From contig JBGSPL010000001.1 in assembly GCA_041738615.1 (NCBI GenBank), positions 10,706-74,705 of the forward strand: 64,000 nucleotides of DNA. The letters are read 5' to 3'. Under the pieces are notes generated by a model. That model saw only the letters and a list, made by a program, of their open reading frames with translations. It was not told the DNA's origin and did not search any database. Source of the stretch: Patescibacteria group bacterium (lineage in GTDB: Bacteria > Patescibacteriota > CPR2 > UBA1875 > CAIMLA01). This document shows, piece after piece, positions 62,479-64,000 of the stretch. The position numbers and the translations under genes are program-made. How positions within the stretch are numbered: the first letter of the stretch is position 1; each line of letters opens with the position of its first letter.

Positions 62479-63789
62479 ATGGGCTACTTAAAGAAAATAT
62501 TTGCGAGTCGTGATCTACTCAAGAAGATTGCCTATGTTATGGGTCTTCTGCTCGTATATCGCGTTATTTCGCATATTCCAATTCCTGGTCCAGATCCAGC
62601 TCTGGTACGTCAGTTTCTCTCGACGACTTTCTCTAGTAACGCAGTGCTCTCTTTTCTCGACATCTTTTCCGGAGGGAGTATAAGCCGTTTTTCTATTGCC
62701 ATGCTGGCCGTAGGCCCATACATCACGGCTTCTATTATTATGCAGCTTCTCACTATTATCGTCCCTAGCTTTGAAAGCCTTTCGAAAGAGGGGGAGCAGG
62801 GACGCAACAAGATCAATCAATACTCACGACTTATTGCGATTCCGATCGCTCTAGTAGAGGGCTTTGGTATGATTAGGCTCCTTCAGAGTGCGAGTAGCGG
62901 TGCAAACCTTACATTCTTAAACAACCTTAGTATTTGGCAGTGGTCGATAATGCTTACTAGTATCACCGCTGGTACCATGCTTCTTATGTGGCTCGGCGAG
63001 CTCATTACAGAGAAGGGGATTGGTAATGGAATCAGTATGATTATCTTTGCCGGTATCATCGCTAGGCTACCACAGACTATCGGTCAACAGATTCAAAAGC
63101 TTTTTATCGGCGAATTCCAAAGCACCGAACTAGTGAAAATTTTGGCTGTTGCAGTACTGGCAGTGGTAGTTATCGGTCTCATCGTACTAATTACCGAGGC
63201 GCTGCGCAAAATTCCGATTTCCTATGCCAAAAAGATGCGTGGCGATAAGCTCTACGGTGGTATCGACACTTTTTTGCCACTCCGGCTCAATATGTCAGGA
63301 GTTATCCCAATCATTTTCGCGAGCGCTTTTATGAATGTGCCTTCTATGATTGGCTTCCTGTCTAGTGCTAAGACCGCGTGGCTTGCCAGCAGTGCCAAAT
63401 GGATTCAGACGACATTTGCACCAAGTACAAACCCCTACGCAGTGGCGCTATTTCTCCTGGTATTTACCTTTACGTTCTTTTCTACCTTTATCTACTTTAA
63501 GCCCAACGAGGTAGCAGAGAATCTACAAAAACAAGGAGGATTTATCCCAGGCATTCGTCCAGGGACTCAGACCGAGAAGTACCTAAACTTTATGATCAAC
63601 CGTATTACACTATGGGGCGCAATGTTCCTATCGCTCATCGCGGTACTCCCATTTGCCCTAAAACCACTCACAGGTGACGCCAATCTGACAGTAGGCGGCA
63701 CAGGGGTCCTGATTGTAGTGGGTGTTGCTATCGAGATCAAGAATCAACTTGATGCGCAGCTAATCACTAGAAGCTACGATGAGTTCTAG
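62479..63789 (+). CDS. secY: protein translocase subunit SecY
   Basis: Ten TM segments and conserved SecY blocks. Confidence 0.95.
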   Translation: MGYLKKIFASRDLLKKIAYVMGLLLVYRVISHIPIPGPDPALVRQFLSTTFSSNAVLSFLDIFSGGSISRFSIAMLAVGPYITASIIMQLLTIIVPSFESLSKEGEQGRNKINQYSRLIAIPIALVEGFGMIRLLQSASSGANLTFLNNLSIWQWSIMLTSITAGTMLLMWLGELITEKGIGNGISMIIFAGIIARLPQTIGQQIQKLFIGEFQSTELVKILAVAVLAVVVIGLIVLITEALRKIPISYAKKMRGDKLYGGIDTFLPLRLNMSGVIPIIFASAFMNVPSMIGFLSSAKTAWLASSAKWIQTTFAPSTNPYAVALFLLVFTFTFFSTFIYFKPNEVAENLQKQGGFIPGIRPGTQTEKYLNFMINRITLWGAMFLSLIAVLPFALKPLTGDANLTVGGTGVLIVVGVAIEIKNQLDAQLITRSYDEF

Positions 63790-63860
63790 AAAACTCTTGT
63801 CAAAAGGCCCCAAGATGTGTATAATTTATAACTGTCACGAGAAGGACATAGTAAACAGTA

Positions 63861-64000
63861 ATGAGTGAAACAAAGGAAGTAATTGAACTGACAGGAACCG
63901 TCCTTGAGACCCTTCCGAACGCAATGTTTCGGGTAGAGCTAGAGAACGGGCATGTTATTTTAGCGCATATTTCAGGAAAAATGAGAATGCACTATATAAA
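63861..64000 (+). CDS. infA: translation initiation factor IF-1, 3'-truncated by the window edge
   Basis: [31 protein letters not shown] matches the S1-like IF-1 fold. No adk, map or rpmJ lies between secY and infA. Confidence 0.85.
   Translation, partial: MSETKEVIELTGTVLETLPNAMFRVELENGHVILAHISGKMRMHYI

Overview
This 64 kb window looks like a chromosomal segment from a small-genome, moderately AT-rich bacterium, most likely Patescibacteria/CPR (Saccharibacteria-like). I infer that from gene content and order only. The informational-gene backbone is almost entirely on the + strand. In order it carries a 5'-truncated family-5 ABC substrate-binding protein; a six-tRNA cluster behind a consensus promoter; LysM, LemA and HtpX genes; ligA; gatC-gatA-[cyclophilin]-[membrane HEPN-like hypothetical]-gatB with overlapping start/stop codons; mscS-like; nudix; rdgB; cutA; dnaE; rplS; rnhB; yraN; nusA; clpC; a YacL-like PIN/TRAM protein; murB; a class A PBP on the - strand; tyrS; recG; comEA; tRNA-Leu(TAG); trxA; tig; clpP; a Nif3-like protein; rpoB-rpoC; rpsL-rpsG-fusA; tuf; rpsJ; and the S10/spc ribosomal block rplC through rplO, then secY and the start of infA. 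S5 is followed directly by L15 with no L30 gene, which is typical of CPR. L19, L22 and NusA carry long charged C-terminal tails. Four short, visibly G+C-richer cassettes stand out. Each has its own sigma70-like promoter, Shine-Dalgarno sites and an intrinsic terminator, and each encodes small proteins I cannot assign to a family. (i) 17.8-18.56 kb, between dnaE and rplS, has two genes. (ii) 48.6-50.44 kb, between fusA and tuf, has two small hydrophobic peptides, an 81-aa protein and a 159-aa polytopic membrane protein. (iii) 52.07-54.09 kb, between rpsJ and rplC, has three genes, the last flanked by 49-bp GC-rich hairpin-forming direct repeats. (iv) 33.3-34.04 kb is a stand-alone PurH-type IMP-cyclohydrolase (MGS-like) domain gene next to tRNA-Leu(TAG). 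Cassettes (ii) and (iii) split the normally contiguous str/S10 ribosomal operons, and tuf and rplC have acquired their own promoters. A family of variable-stem hairpin repeats (GTCATTCC-stem-loop-stem'-GGAATC) and two perfect 11-bp-stem hairpins (GATACYTTT...AAARGTATC) sit immediately after several stop codons and cluster at the cassette borders. I found no CRISPR array, rRNA gene or recognisable transposase or integrase.
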